In this document: positions 8,815-17,142 of the stretch, piece after piece
Layout of the letters: each line of letters opens with the position of its first letter
Position numbering within the stretch: position 1 is the first letter of the stretch
Assembly: GCA_032128875.1 (NCBI GenBank)
Contig: JAVLKG010000002.1
Location: 32,001-96,000 of the forward strand
Source of the DNA: Candidatus Melainabacteria bacterium 17Bon1m
GTDB taxonomy: Bacteria; Cyanobacteriota; Vampirovibrionia; Obscuribacterales; Obscuribacteraceae
Direction: 5' to 3'
DNA length: 64,000 nucleotides
Notes under the pieces: model-generated
Told to the model about the DNA's origin: nothing
Seen by the model: only the letters and a program-made list of their open reading frames with translations
The model's database searches: none
Program-made: the position numbers and the translations under genes

Positions 8815-9906
8815 ATGAAAAACTTGGAAGGAGTGAATGCGATTGTTTTGGCTGCTGGAGTGGGCTCCAGGCTGGACCCCCTCACCAGTCAAGTGCCGAA
8901 ACCTCTTGTACCGATTGCCAATGTGCCGGTAATGGAGCACATCATCAGGCTTTTAAAGAAGCACCAGATCAAGAATATCCATGCCAACCTTCATTACATG
9001 CCGGAGAAAATCGCAGACTATTTTGGCGATGGATCTCAATTGGGCGTTAACCTGCAGTTTAAATATGAGCCGCAGCTTTCAGGCGATGCGGGCGGCGTGA
9101 GAGCTTGCCGTCAATTTTTGATGGGCGGTACATTCGTTGTGCTGATGGGCGACTTGCTTACTGACGCCGATCTCACAAGAATCGTGCGCGAACATAAAGA
9201 GAAAAAAGCGATCGCAAGTATCGCCGTCAAGCAAATGCCGCAGGAAGAGTTGAATCGTTTTGGCGTTGTAGTAACCGACAATCAAGGATTCATCAAAGGC
9301 TTTCAGGAAAAACCCGAAGCAAAAGATGCGCTGTCGGACAGAGTTTCCACTGGCATCTATGTTCTTGAGCCGGAAGTTTTTCATCATATGCCGGCAACGG
9401 GAGAGTATGGTTTTGGACGTCAATTGTTTCCAGAACTGATTGAAAAAGGTCTCCCTGTATTGGGCATTGACGTTGAAGGCTATTGGTCTGATGTCGGTAC
9501 CATCGAACAGTACAGACAAGCCAACTTCGACGCAGCGCGCAGAAGAGTAAATCTTGGCTTGCCTGATGCGAAAACTTATCGTCAAAACGGAAAGTTGACG
9601 GTCGGCGAGCGCAGCGTCATTGAATATGGGTGCGACATCGATGGTTCGCTTGTGATGGGCACCAACAGCAGATTAGGCGCTGGAAGCGTTGTGCTGGGCA
9701 ATGTCATTGTCGGCGACAATTGCATAATTGAGCCGGGAACAGTGCTGAAAGATTGCGTTATCTGGTCGAACGCAGTAGTTCGCAGCGGCGCTCACGTCGA
9801 ACACAGCGTGATCTGCTCCGGCAGTGTCGTTCCCAACGAGACGAGGCACTTCGAAGTAAATTACGTGAGTGCAGAAGAAGCCGCAGAAGAAATGCAAGCA
9901 GCGTAA
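8815..9906 (+). CDS. NDP-sugar pyrophosphorylase (mannose-1-phosphate guanylyltransferase-like)
   Basis: LAAG.GSRL.PLT..PKP, FQEKP, YWSDVG, C-terminal hexapeptide repeats. Confidence 0.9.
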   Translation: MKNLEGVNAIVLAAGVGSRLDPLTSQVPKPLVPIANVPVMEHIIRLLKKHQIKNIHANLHYMPEKIADYFGDGSQLGVNLQFKYEPQLSGDAGGVRACRQFLMGGTFVVLMGDLLTDADLTRIVREHKEKKAIASIAVKQMPQEELNRFGVVVTDNQGFIKGFQEKPEAKDALSDRVSTGIYVLEPEVFHHMPATGEYGFGRQLFPELIEKGLPVLGIDVEGYWSDVGTIEQYRQANFDAARRRVNLGLPDAKTYRQNGKLTVGERSVIEYGCDIDGSLVMGTNSRLGAGSVVLGNVIVGDNCIIEPGTVLKDCVIWSNAVVRSGAHVEHSVICSGSVVPNETRHFEVNYVSAEEAAEEMQAA

Positions 9907-9960
9907 CTGCCTGCTGACTAACATTGTATTGATATGAATAACAGCTTGATTCGGAAGGAA

Positions 9961-10563
9961 TCAAGCTGTCTGCGTTTGAGATTCCGTTGGCCGGTAGCGT
10001 TCTTTCACTGTTCGCAGAGTGAGCGAAAATCTTTGCTCTTTCACTGGTGCGAGACTGTGCTGCCAGACTGAACGAGCCGGTCCGCTAAGAACGTACAGAG
10101 ATCTACGCTCGAGTGGTTGTTTGTAGTGTTCGAATGCGTCTGCCATTGTTCGGCGAAAACGCATTATGTCATTGCTTGCTAGTGAAACTCCAACCACTGT
10201 CGGACCGAATGCAGGTGCATCGCGATGCCATCCGATACCCGCGCCTGGATCGTATTTTGCCACAAGTGCTTGCTCAAGACTTTCTGATTTTAAACCAGCA
10301 AAAGGCGCAGCTCGATCGCGAATTTCCCTCAGCCAATCAGGGAATTCTTCTATTGCTTCAACATGCTGCGAATAAAATTCATAGCGATATCCGAAATGGT
10401 GCACCTTTCGTTTTGCCGCCTGTCCTTGCAAAACAAAGTCATAAAACTCGAGCTGCTGAAAGCGTGCGATTAGTGCCTCTTCCTCAGCTTCAGTGAGGAA
10501 GTTCGGGATATAGACTAAGCCTTGAGGTGCTTCAAGTACTCGTTTTATCTTGCGACTTGCCAT
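9961..10563 (-). CDS. AlkB-family 2OG-Fe(II) dioxygenase
   Basis: IGWHRD, WQHS, RFSLTLR. Confidence 0.9.
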   Translation of the reverse strand: MASRKIKRVLEAPQGLVYIPNFLTEAEEEALIARFQQLEFYDFVLQGQAAKRKVHHFGYRYEFYSQHVEAIEEFPDWLREIRDRAAPFAGLKSESLEQALVAKYDPGAGIGWHRDAPAFGPTVVGVSLASNDIMRFRRTMADAFEHYKQPLERRSLYVLSGPARSVWQHSLAPVKEQRFSLTLRTVKERYRPTESQTQTA

Positions 10564-10665
10564 TTATCAAAGCACTATGTCCAAAATGTACGTCTTGGCG
10601 AAGCCACTCCGCCCTAACTATCATTATTGCAATTTCCATGAGAAGTCGCCCGGCTGCGGAAATTT

Positions 10666-11331
10666 CTACGCAGACCGCTCTTCCTGTGTTTCGATAAATT
10701 GTTGCAATCCGTGTGGATTGATGTCCGGCTCTATCAGCTGATAGACACCAGATTGGGTAAATCCGCACTTCACATTGCTAGCCAAACTTGGACGACAGCG
10801 CAGCGCTTGCGAATCGGTCATTGACGGACGTGCTTTTAGAATTTGCGAATCAGTCATTGCCGGTCTCGCTCTCAAAATTTGCGAATCACTCAATGACGGC
10901 GATGGTAAGTAGACGACGTTGTTGCATTGCAGTTCTTCTATCTCATCAATCAATTGCAGTTGCGGTACTTGCTCTTCTGGCTGAGTAGCTGTTGCGATTG
11001 TTTTGAAAGTGCCAGACTGGCAGGCTTGCAAATTGTCGTAGGTTTTTCTTGGATCGAGCTTTACAGCAGCCGGCTTGTTCCGAAGCTTTTGCGAGCAAAC
11101 TGTTATGTATGTTTCGTTTAGACTTTGCTTGAATTTCGCATTCAAATCTTCGACTACGATTTTGTCTTGGCGGGAGTTTGGTCGATAGAAAATTCTTTGA
11201 ACAAGCTCAACTGGAGCCATAACTATTTCTGTGACGTACTTAACTGCAGGACGTGCGGCATTTGCAGCCCGCTGTGTCCATTTTTGGTTTTCCGTTGCTA
11301 AATCAATATTTGTATTCGAGGCGGCGCACAT
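10666..11331 (-). CDS. Hypothetical protein with three 12-aa tandem repeats
   Basis: GGAG RBS before ATG 11331; SLSDSQILRARP/AMTDSQILKARP/SMTDSQALRCRP. Confidence 0.6.
   Translation of the reverse strand: MCAASNTNIDLATENQKWTQRAANAARPAVKYVTEIVMAPVELVQRIFYRPNSRQDKIVVEDLNAKFKQSLNETYITVCSQKLRNKPAAVKLDPRKTYDNLQACQSGTFKTIATATQPEEQVPQLQLIDEIEELQCNNVVYLPSPSLSDSQILRARPAMTDSQILKARPSMTDSQALRCRPSLASNVKCGFTQSGVYQLIEPDINPHGLQQFIETQEERSA
10790..10897 (-). repeat. 36-bp coding tandem repeat, three copies
   Basis: TTGCGAATC core recurs every 36 bp on the plus strand. Confidence 0.8.
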
Positions 11332-11362
11332 TTTCCTTTCCTCCAGGGCGATTACAATGCGC

Positions 11363-11390
11363 ATCGACCGTTAACTGTGTCTAAGGTTCC
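11363..11390 (-). promoter_or_regulatory. ECF-sigma-type promoter candidate
   Basis: GGAACC-N16-GTCGAT, 31 nt upstream of ATG 11331. Confidence 0.55.
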
Positions 11391-11697
11391 GCGAATTCCC
11401 GCGGGAAATTCGATTAAATTGCGGCTTTCGCTGGTAACTCAGCGAACACAACCGTCACTTTTTTGCGCAGATTTTTTTGACGCGAATCCGAAAGCAGTTG
11501 AAGAGACTACTAAGTAGTCAATGTCAATTCACGTTCTACGTTCCTTAATTCCGACCGAAAAGGCAGATTAAATCAGAACTTCGGGGGAAAGTCTGATATC
11601 TTACCGAGTGATGTTCTGTCGAGAACTTGACAGCTGCGCCTTTTGGCACAGCTAAAGCTTTCATCTGAAAAAATCACATGCAATCTGGGGGAGCAAC

Positions 11698-13056
11698 ATG
11701 GGAACGACTCTGGCGCAAGCACGCAACACCACGCTTACCGAAAAGGAAGCGTATGAGTTGAGCAAGGAAGCTTACATCTACTTCTATTCGCTGATGAGCA
11801 TGGAAATCACTCGGCTTCAATGCACAAACCTGAAGGCAGGAGAAAAGCCGGGGCATGGTCCTGCAAATACGTTTGCTCACATACGCGCTTACCCCGATGC
11901 CGATTTCAGAACGGTTGTACGCCCAAACTTCGACACTTTGTATTCGTCGGCATGGCTCGACCTGACGGCAGAACCGATGATTGTGTCCATTCCGGATGCG
12001 GACAATCGCTACTACCTGCTTCCTCTATTGGACATGTGGTCTGATGTTTTCGCTTCCCCAGGTTGGCGGACTTCCGGCACACATGAGCAGCACTATGCAG
12101 TGGTGCCAAAAGGCTGGAGTGGAAAGTTGCCTGATGGTGTCGAGAGAATCGATGCGCCGACTCCTTTTGTATGGATCATTGGTCGCACAAAAACAGACGG
12201 ACCCGATGACTATGCCGCCGTGCATAAATTCCAAGACGGCATGAAGATTACGCCGCTTTCGCAGTGGGGTAAAAGTATTTCTTTGCCCGAGTTCAAGTCC
12301 AACCCGGATGTCGACATGAAGACGCCACCACTTGAGCAAGTGAACAAAATGTCCGCTGAGAAATATTTCTCTATGGCGTGCGAACTGATGGCGCGCTACT
12401 CTCCGCACTTGACTGATTGGTCGACAACAGAGCGACTGAAAAAGATCGGCATAGAGAGTGGCAAGAAATTTGATATGTCGAGTTTTGAGAAGAACATTCA
12501 AGAGTCAATTTCGAAAGGCGTTACAGATGCGCTCAAGCAGATGGTCGAGAAAATCAAGTTCATGGGACGTCCGGTCAACGGCTGGAACATGAACACAGAC
12601 AGCATGGGCGTGTATGGTTCATATTATTTGAAACGCGCCATCGTTGCGATGGTTGGCTTAGGTGCCAACCAACCGGAAGACGCTGTTTATCCACTCAATA
12701 TCGCAGACTCCAATGTAGAACCGTTGCATGGTGAAAACAAATACGTGCTCCATTTTGAAGCCGATGAAATTCCTCCCGTTGATGCTTTCTGGTCATTGAC
12801 CATGTATGACAAAGATGGCTTCCAATCCGCTAATGCGATAAACAGATTTGCTATTAGCTCATGGATGCCATTGAAAAAGAATGCCGACGGATCGTTGGAC
12901 ATCTACATTCAGAACGAGAATCCTGGTGCCGACAAAGAATCGAATTGGCTTCCCGCGCCAAAAACGCAATTAGGAGTTACGATGCGATTGTATGCTCCGC
13001 AGCCGATTGTCTTGACCGGCGACTGGAATCCGCCTGCAATCGACAAAATTAAGTAG
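11698..13056 (+). CDS. DUF1254/DUF1214 domain protein
   Basis: VVRPNFDTLYSSAWLDL, PPVDAFWSLTMYD, NWLPAP, MRLYAP. Confidence 0.9.
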   Translation: MGTTLAQARNTTLTEKEAYELSKEAYIYFYSLMSMEITRLQCTNLKAGEKPGHGPANTFAHIRAYPDADFRTVVRPNFDTLYSSAWLDLTAEPMIVSIPDADNRYYLLPLLDMWSDVFASPGWRTSGTHEQHYAVVPKGWSGKLPDGVERIDAPTPFVWIIGRTKTDGPDDYAAVHKFQDGMKITPLSQWGKSISLPEFKSNPDVDMKTPPLEQVNKMSAEKYFSMACELMARYSPHLTDWSTTERLKKIGIESGKKFDMSSFEKNIQESISKGVTDALKQMVEKIKFMGRPVNGWNMNTDSMGVYGSYYLKRAIVAMVGLGANQPEDAVYPLNIADSNVEPLHGENKYVLHFEADEIPPVDAFWSLTMYDKDGFQSANAINRFAISSWMPLKKNADGSLDIYIQNENPGADKESNWLPAPKTQLGVTMRLYAPQPIVLTGDWNPPAIDKIK

Positions 13057-13068
13057 TATCGCCGGTTT

Positions 13069-13150
13069 GGGGCTACGTCATGCGTCGCCCGGTTCTATTA
13101 CCTAATCGAGCGGTTCTAATATAGTGTGGGGTCGACGCCATGCGTCGACC
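13069..13150. repeat. Two REP-like GC-rich palindromes
   Basis: GGGGCTACGTCATGCGTCGCCC (13069-13090) and GGGGTCGACGCCATGCGTCGACC (13128-13150) between convergent genes. Confidence 0.65.
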
Positions 13151-13155
13151 TTTCT

Positions 13156-14124
13156 TTATCCGTGCTCTGCAAGCCAATTTTCGATGGTGCGCAACACCAG
13201 CGGTTTGATAAAGGACGTCCCCACAAGAATGTGCCCTGACCCATTCACGGCAACAAACTTTTTGTCGCGTGCTCGTACAGCTAGAAAGACTGGTTCTGCT
13301 GAAGCCGGAAGAACAATTTGATCTGCCGTGCCTTGTATTACGAGCACAGGAATCGACGAAGGAAGCTTTGCGGCGCGAACAGGCATTTCCTTGATGAAGC
13401 TCATCGTGCCGAGCAGTTGTGATGCGGACTGCGTTTTTTTCGCCAGCGGATCGTTGATCATCTCCTGTGCGACTCTATCGTCGTCCGAGAGATAGTGTTG
13501 AAGATAAGGTCTGATGTCTACTTGCGTCACAAATGTCGCCATGCCCTTTATGAACTTCGAGCCCATCACCGCCGGATTGTGGAAGCTGGGCTGCGACCCC
13601 GCAGCGCAGAGAATGATTCCACGCACGCCCTCCGATTGTTTTGCAATAGCACTCATCACTACGCCGCTTCCGGTGCTCTCTCCAAGACAATAAATATTCG
13701 CCTTCTTATATTTCTTATGCAGCAACGAAAGTATTTTTGCGAGATCATCACAGCTGTTTTGTAGGTTTTCTTCCATGCTCGCGTCTGTTTCTTCCCAACG
13801 TCCATGACCACGTAAGTCCGGCGCGACTACTAAATATCCTTGTTTCGCAAAAGTTTGTCCGATAGATGTCATCGCACCAGCATCCTGGGCAAAACCATGA
13901 ACAGCGACAACAATGCCCTTGGGTTGGTCAACTGAGTCGTCTTTCCATTCGTAGATCGGAACACCTGCTGATTGCGAGACTTTCGATCTGTCGTCCTTCA
14001 CGACTTCTGCAAGCGCGGGTTTCATTGTGTCACAAGCCACTGACGTGACCAGAAGCAAAACTATCGCGGGCAGCGAAGCAGCCAGTCTGGTGTTATAGAA
14101 CCTGGGTATTCTTCCCGCAAACAT
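13156..14124 (-). CDS. Alpha/beta hydrolase (lysophospholipase/monoacylglycerol lipase-like), probably exported
   Basis: VHG, DLRGHG, GESTG nucleophile, QGTAD, SGH; start uncertain (14124 or 14178). Confidence 0.85.
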   Translation of the reverse strand: MFAGRIPRFYNTRLAASLPAIVLLLVTSVACDTMKPALAEVVKDDRSKVSQSAGVPIYEWKDDSVDQPKGIVVAVHGFAQDAGAMTSIGQTFAKQGYLVVAPDLRGHGRWEETDASMEENLQNSCDDLAKILSLLHKKYKKANIYCLGESTGSGVVMSAIAKQSEGVRGIILCAAGSQPSFHNPAVMGSKFIKGMATFVTQVDIRPYLQHYLSDDDRVAQEMINDPLAKKTQSASQLLGTMSFIKEMPVRAAKLPSSIPVLVIQGTADQIVLPASAEPVFLAVRARDKKFVAVNGSGHILVGTSFIKPLVLRTIENWLAEHG

Positions 14125-14275
14125 CGATTTTCCAGAGGTATGTTCAGACGGCCAATAAATCTTCTGACGTTTCGCCATCAGTTTTGAGCCAATGACAGCC
14201 CCTACCGAGGGGCGGCCGTAACTTTGAGCTTTGATATGATCTCTTGCCTTGAGATTAAGTGCCGGAGACAAAAAA

Positions 14276-15073
14276 TTGAAAATTCTGCTGACGATTGCGC
14301 TACTGATGCTGGCTTGTACACCTGCGTTCGCACAGGAATGGGCGAAGAAAAAGTTGGAGAGCTCTCCACGGCATTCAGAGTGGGTTACCGTGAAACACGG
14401 CGGCAGAGAGGTGAAGTCGTTCGTTGTCTATCCTGAGAAGAAAGAGCGGGCAGCGACGATTTTGCTCATCCACGAGATATTCGGGCTTACTGATTGGGTC
14501 CGCCTGGTGGCAGATGAGCTTGCTGCCAATGGCTACATCGCCATTGCGCCGGATTTGCTATCCGGGATGGCTCAGAATAAAGGTGGAACAGAGTCTTTTG
14601 GCGGTGACGACAATGCGAGAAAAGCTGTTTCCCAACTGCCCCCTGACCAAGTGACCAATGATCTCAACGCCGTTCTTAGTTACATTGTAAAAGTGCCAGC
14701 TGCCAACGGAAAGACGGCAGTTGCCGGCTTTTGCTGGGGTGGAACTCAAACATTCCGGTATGCCACCAACTGTGACGACATCAAGGCTTTTCACGTTTTC
14801 TATGGGGCCGCGCCCTCCGATGAAAGCGCTCTTTCTAAGATAAACGCGCCCATCTATGGGTATTATGCGGAGAACGATGCCCGCATCGGCGCGACTTTGG
14901 ACGCAACCGCAAATCAGATGAGTAAGTTGAAGAAGACTTTCATTCCAGTGACTTACAAAGGTGCAGGTCATGGTTATATGCGCGCCGGTGAAGCTCCCGA
15001 TGCTACAGACGCCAATAAGGCGGCTCGCGCCGCCTCATGGGAGAGAATGATGAAATTGCTGAAGGCAATTTAG
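14276..15073 (+). CDS. Dienelactone hydrolase family protein with signal peptide
   Basis: IHEIFGL, GFCWGG, END.R, GAGHGY; TTG start after GGAG. Confidence 0.9.
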   Translation: MKILLTIALLMLACTPAFAQEWAKKKLESSPRHSEWVTVKHGGREVKSFVVYPEKKERAATILLIHEIFGLTDWVRLVADELAANGYIAIAPDLLSGMAQNKGGTESFGGDDNARKAVSQLPPDQVTNDLNAVLSYIVKVPAANGKTAVAGFCWGGTQTFRYATNCDDIKAFHVFYGAAPSDESALSKINAPIYGYYAENDARIGATLDATANQMSKLKKTFIPVTYKGAGHGYMRAGEAPDATDANKAARAASWERMMKLLKAI

Positions 15074-15087
15074 AATGCAAAACACGC

Positions 15088-15654
15088 TTAGAATACGCGG
15101 TTGAGCAATCTTCCAACTGTGGATTGTGAGTATCCGAAGTTGTTGTTGTACGGATTGTAGTTATTGCCGAATATTCCGTTGCGGACGTTATTCAGAAATC
15201 CACCGTTGTTATAGCCGGCGTTATTGAAGTAGCCGTTGTTGTACGCGCTGTTGAAGCCATTTCCACATTGGTTGCCGTTGAGGAAATTATTGGCGTTATT
15301 GAAGAAGCCATTGTTATTGCGTCTGTGTTTGCGCTTGTGATGACCGTATGCATTGCCATTACCATTGCATCTGCCATTGTTGAAATTCGCATTGTTAGCC
15401 AGCTGATTGTTGTAGAGCTGGTTTAAATAGGCGTTGTTGAGATTTTGGTTGTTGAAATTATATGGATTGTTGCCATAAAACTGCTGCTGCGCCGCCAAAT
15501 TCTGGTTGTTTGCCATGTTCTGCATGTACATTTGCATAGCCATCTGATTCAACTGTTGTTTGTTATCTTTAGCCTGGGCTTCAGTAGGCGCGAAGGCAGT
15601 GCTCGCAAGCGCAATAACACCAGCGACGAGACCGAGGGCGATTTGTTTTTTCAT
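15088..15654 (-). CDS. Secreted Asn/Gln/Gly/aromatic-rich low-complexity protein
   Basis: AAGGAG RBS; signal peptide ending AQA; about one third Asn in the mature part. Confidence 0.8.
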   Translation of the reverse strand: MKKQIALGLVAGVIALASTAFAPTEAQAKDNKQQLNQMAMQMYMQNMANNQNLAAQQQFYGNNPYNFNNQNLNNAYLNQLYNNQLANNANFNNGRCNGNGNAYGHHKRKHRRNNNGFFNNANNFLNGNQCGNGFNSAYNNGYFNNAGYNNGGFLNNVRNGIFGNNYNPYNNNFGYSQSTVGRLLNRVF

Positions 15655-15835
15655 TGGGGGGCTCCTTGGGCACACCTTGCATTCACAAGACCCAGTGACG
15701 CTGGTCCTAAAAAAATGTGTCCGGGCTGTCAAGATTTAATGAAACACGCCTGGGCGGGGAAGGAAATAGGTAGGGGAGTTCTCGGAAGAAGGCTGGGAAG
15801 CCCCAATATATGACACTTGTTTGGAATCCGATGCG

Positions 15836-16387
15836 ATGAAAACTCAGTATTACACTGCGACTAGTCTTGACGGATATATCGCCGACGCGGATAACTCGTT
15901 GGATTGGCTGATGCAGCTTGGTGAGCCGGGCGAGAGTTATCCACCGTTTATCGCAGCGGTCGGCGCCATTGCAATGGGCTCGACAACCTATGAGTGGTTA
16001 TTGGAGCACGAAATCTATAAGGATAGAGAGAACCCAAAACCTTGGCCTTATGAGCAGCCATCATGGGTTTTCACAAGTAGAACTTTGCGGACCATTCCAA
16101 ACGCAAACATACACTTTTGTAAGGGCGATGTTGAGCCGATTCATACCGAGATGGTAGCAGCCGCAAAAGGTAAGAATGTTTGGATTGTCGGCGGCGGAGA
16201 ATTGGCTGGTCAATTCTACGACAAAGGTTTGTTGGACGAACTGATAATTACTATCACCCCTGTAACCCTCGGTGGTGGCGCACCACTTTTGCCACGAAAA
16301 ATTGCTGCACCGCCACTAAATCTGGTGGCAGTACAGCAATACGGAAAGCACTACGTTGAAGTGCGTTATGCGGTGCCTAAAGTGTGA
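15836..16387 (+). CDS. Dihydrofolate reductase-like (RibD C-terminal) protein
   Basis: ATSLDGYIAD, MGSTTYE, WIVGGG, LLDELIITITPVTLGGG. Confidence 0.85.
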   Translation: MKTQYYTATSLDGYIADADNSLDWLMQLGEPGESYPPFIAAVGAIAMGSTTYEWLLEHEIYKDRENPKPWPYEQPSWVFTSRTLRTIPNANIHFCKGDVEPIHTEMVAAAKGKNVWIVGGGELAGQFYDKGLLDELIITITPVTLGGGAPLLPRKIAAPPLNLVAVQQYGKHYVEVRYAVPKV

Positions 16388-16442
16388 TACTGCTGAGCAC
16401 GTCTACGCGCCCCCACAGCTTCGCTTCGGCTATGGAGCGATA

Positions 16443-16805
16443 TTAGAAGTGACGTCCGTAATGTCGATTTCTATAGCGATTATCGAAGTCGTTCAACTGA
16501 ATGTTGATATCATTGCTGATTCTGGATAGTTCGCCATTCAGACGAGCACGTTCTCTAAAAGAGAGGTTTCCAGAACTTCTAAATTGGGCTTCCAGAGAGT
16601 TCAGTCTACGCATTTTTGTTCTTAGATTGAATGCTTCAGAGCGAGTCAGTCTGCCACTTCGAACACCTGCATTTATTCGTTGCTCAAGTTTTGCTTGAGC
16701 TTGGTTGATATTGCCGAAACCTGCAAACATTTGAGCTTGTGCGGGTGTGATCAAAGTCGTTGTAGCGATAAGACCGAGTGCGGCAATAGACAAAAGACGT
16801 TTCAT
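16443..16805 (-). CDS. Small secreted basic helical protein (G.LT..E..L repeats)
   Basis: GGAGG RBS, signal peptide ending AQA, INAGVRSGRLTRSEA / SGNLSFRERARL. Confidence 0.8.
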   Translation of the reverse strand: MKRLLSIAALGLIATTTLITPAQAQMFAGFGNINQAQAKLEQRINAGVRSGRLTRSEAFNLRTKMRRLNSLEAQFRSSGNLSFRERARLNGELSRISNDINIQLNDFDNRYRNRHYGRHF

Positions 16806-16890
16806 AATGCCTCCTTTATTGGTAATCCAGAGCGCGCCAGCGCCCTAAAGATTTGGGTTGCAGCTGGCGCCTTGCGCTTCTGCTGAAAAG

Positions 16891-16919
16891 TTAGACGCGA
16901 TCGAGGGCGGTTTGATTCC
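16891..16919 (-). promoter_or_regulatory. ECF-sigma-type promoter candidate
   Basis: GGAATC-N17-GTCTAA, 85 nt upstream of ATG 16805. Confidence 0.6.
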
Positions 16920-17142
16920 GTATTCGCGAAATCGTGAATGAGCTTTACATCAGCTTCTTGAAGGGAACAAACATTTATCCCTCAGGTAAGTTAATTGATA
17001 AAAATTACCTGCGGCAGGTCCAGCCATTGGAGATTAATTGCAGGCGGGAGAAGCCTACAACTACGTAATTTCCCCACTGATTTTAATGAATTAGACCGCT
17101 AGTATAGGCCTTTGATCGATACCTTGCGTGATTTAGATAGAC

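Noticed and set aside
13069-13150. Palindromic repeats as a CRISPR array
   Set aside because: Only two non-identical copies, and no cas genes.
15836-16387. DHFR-like genes (also 59463-59999) as folA or trimethoprim-resistance dfr
   Set aside because: Motifs (SLDGY, DE...P..LG.G) match the RibD C-terminal-like family, not canonical DHFR.
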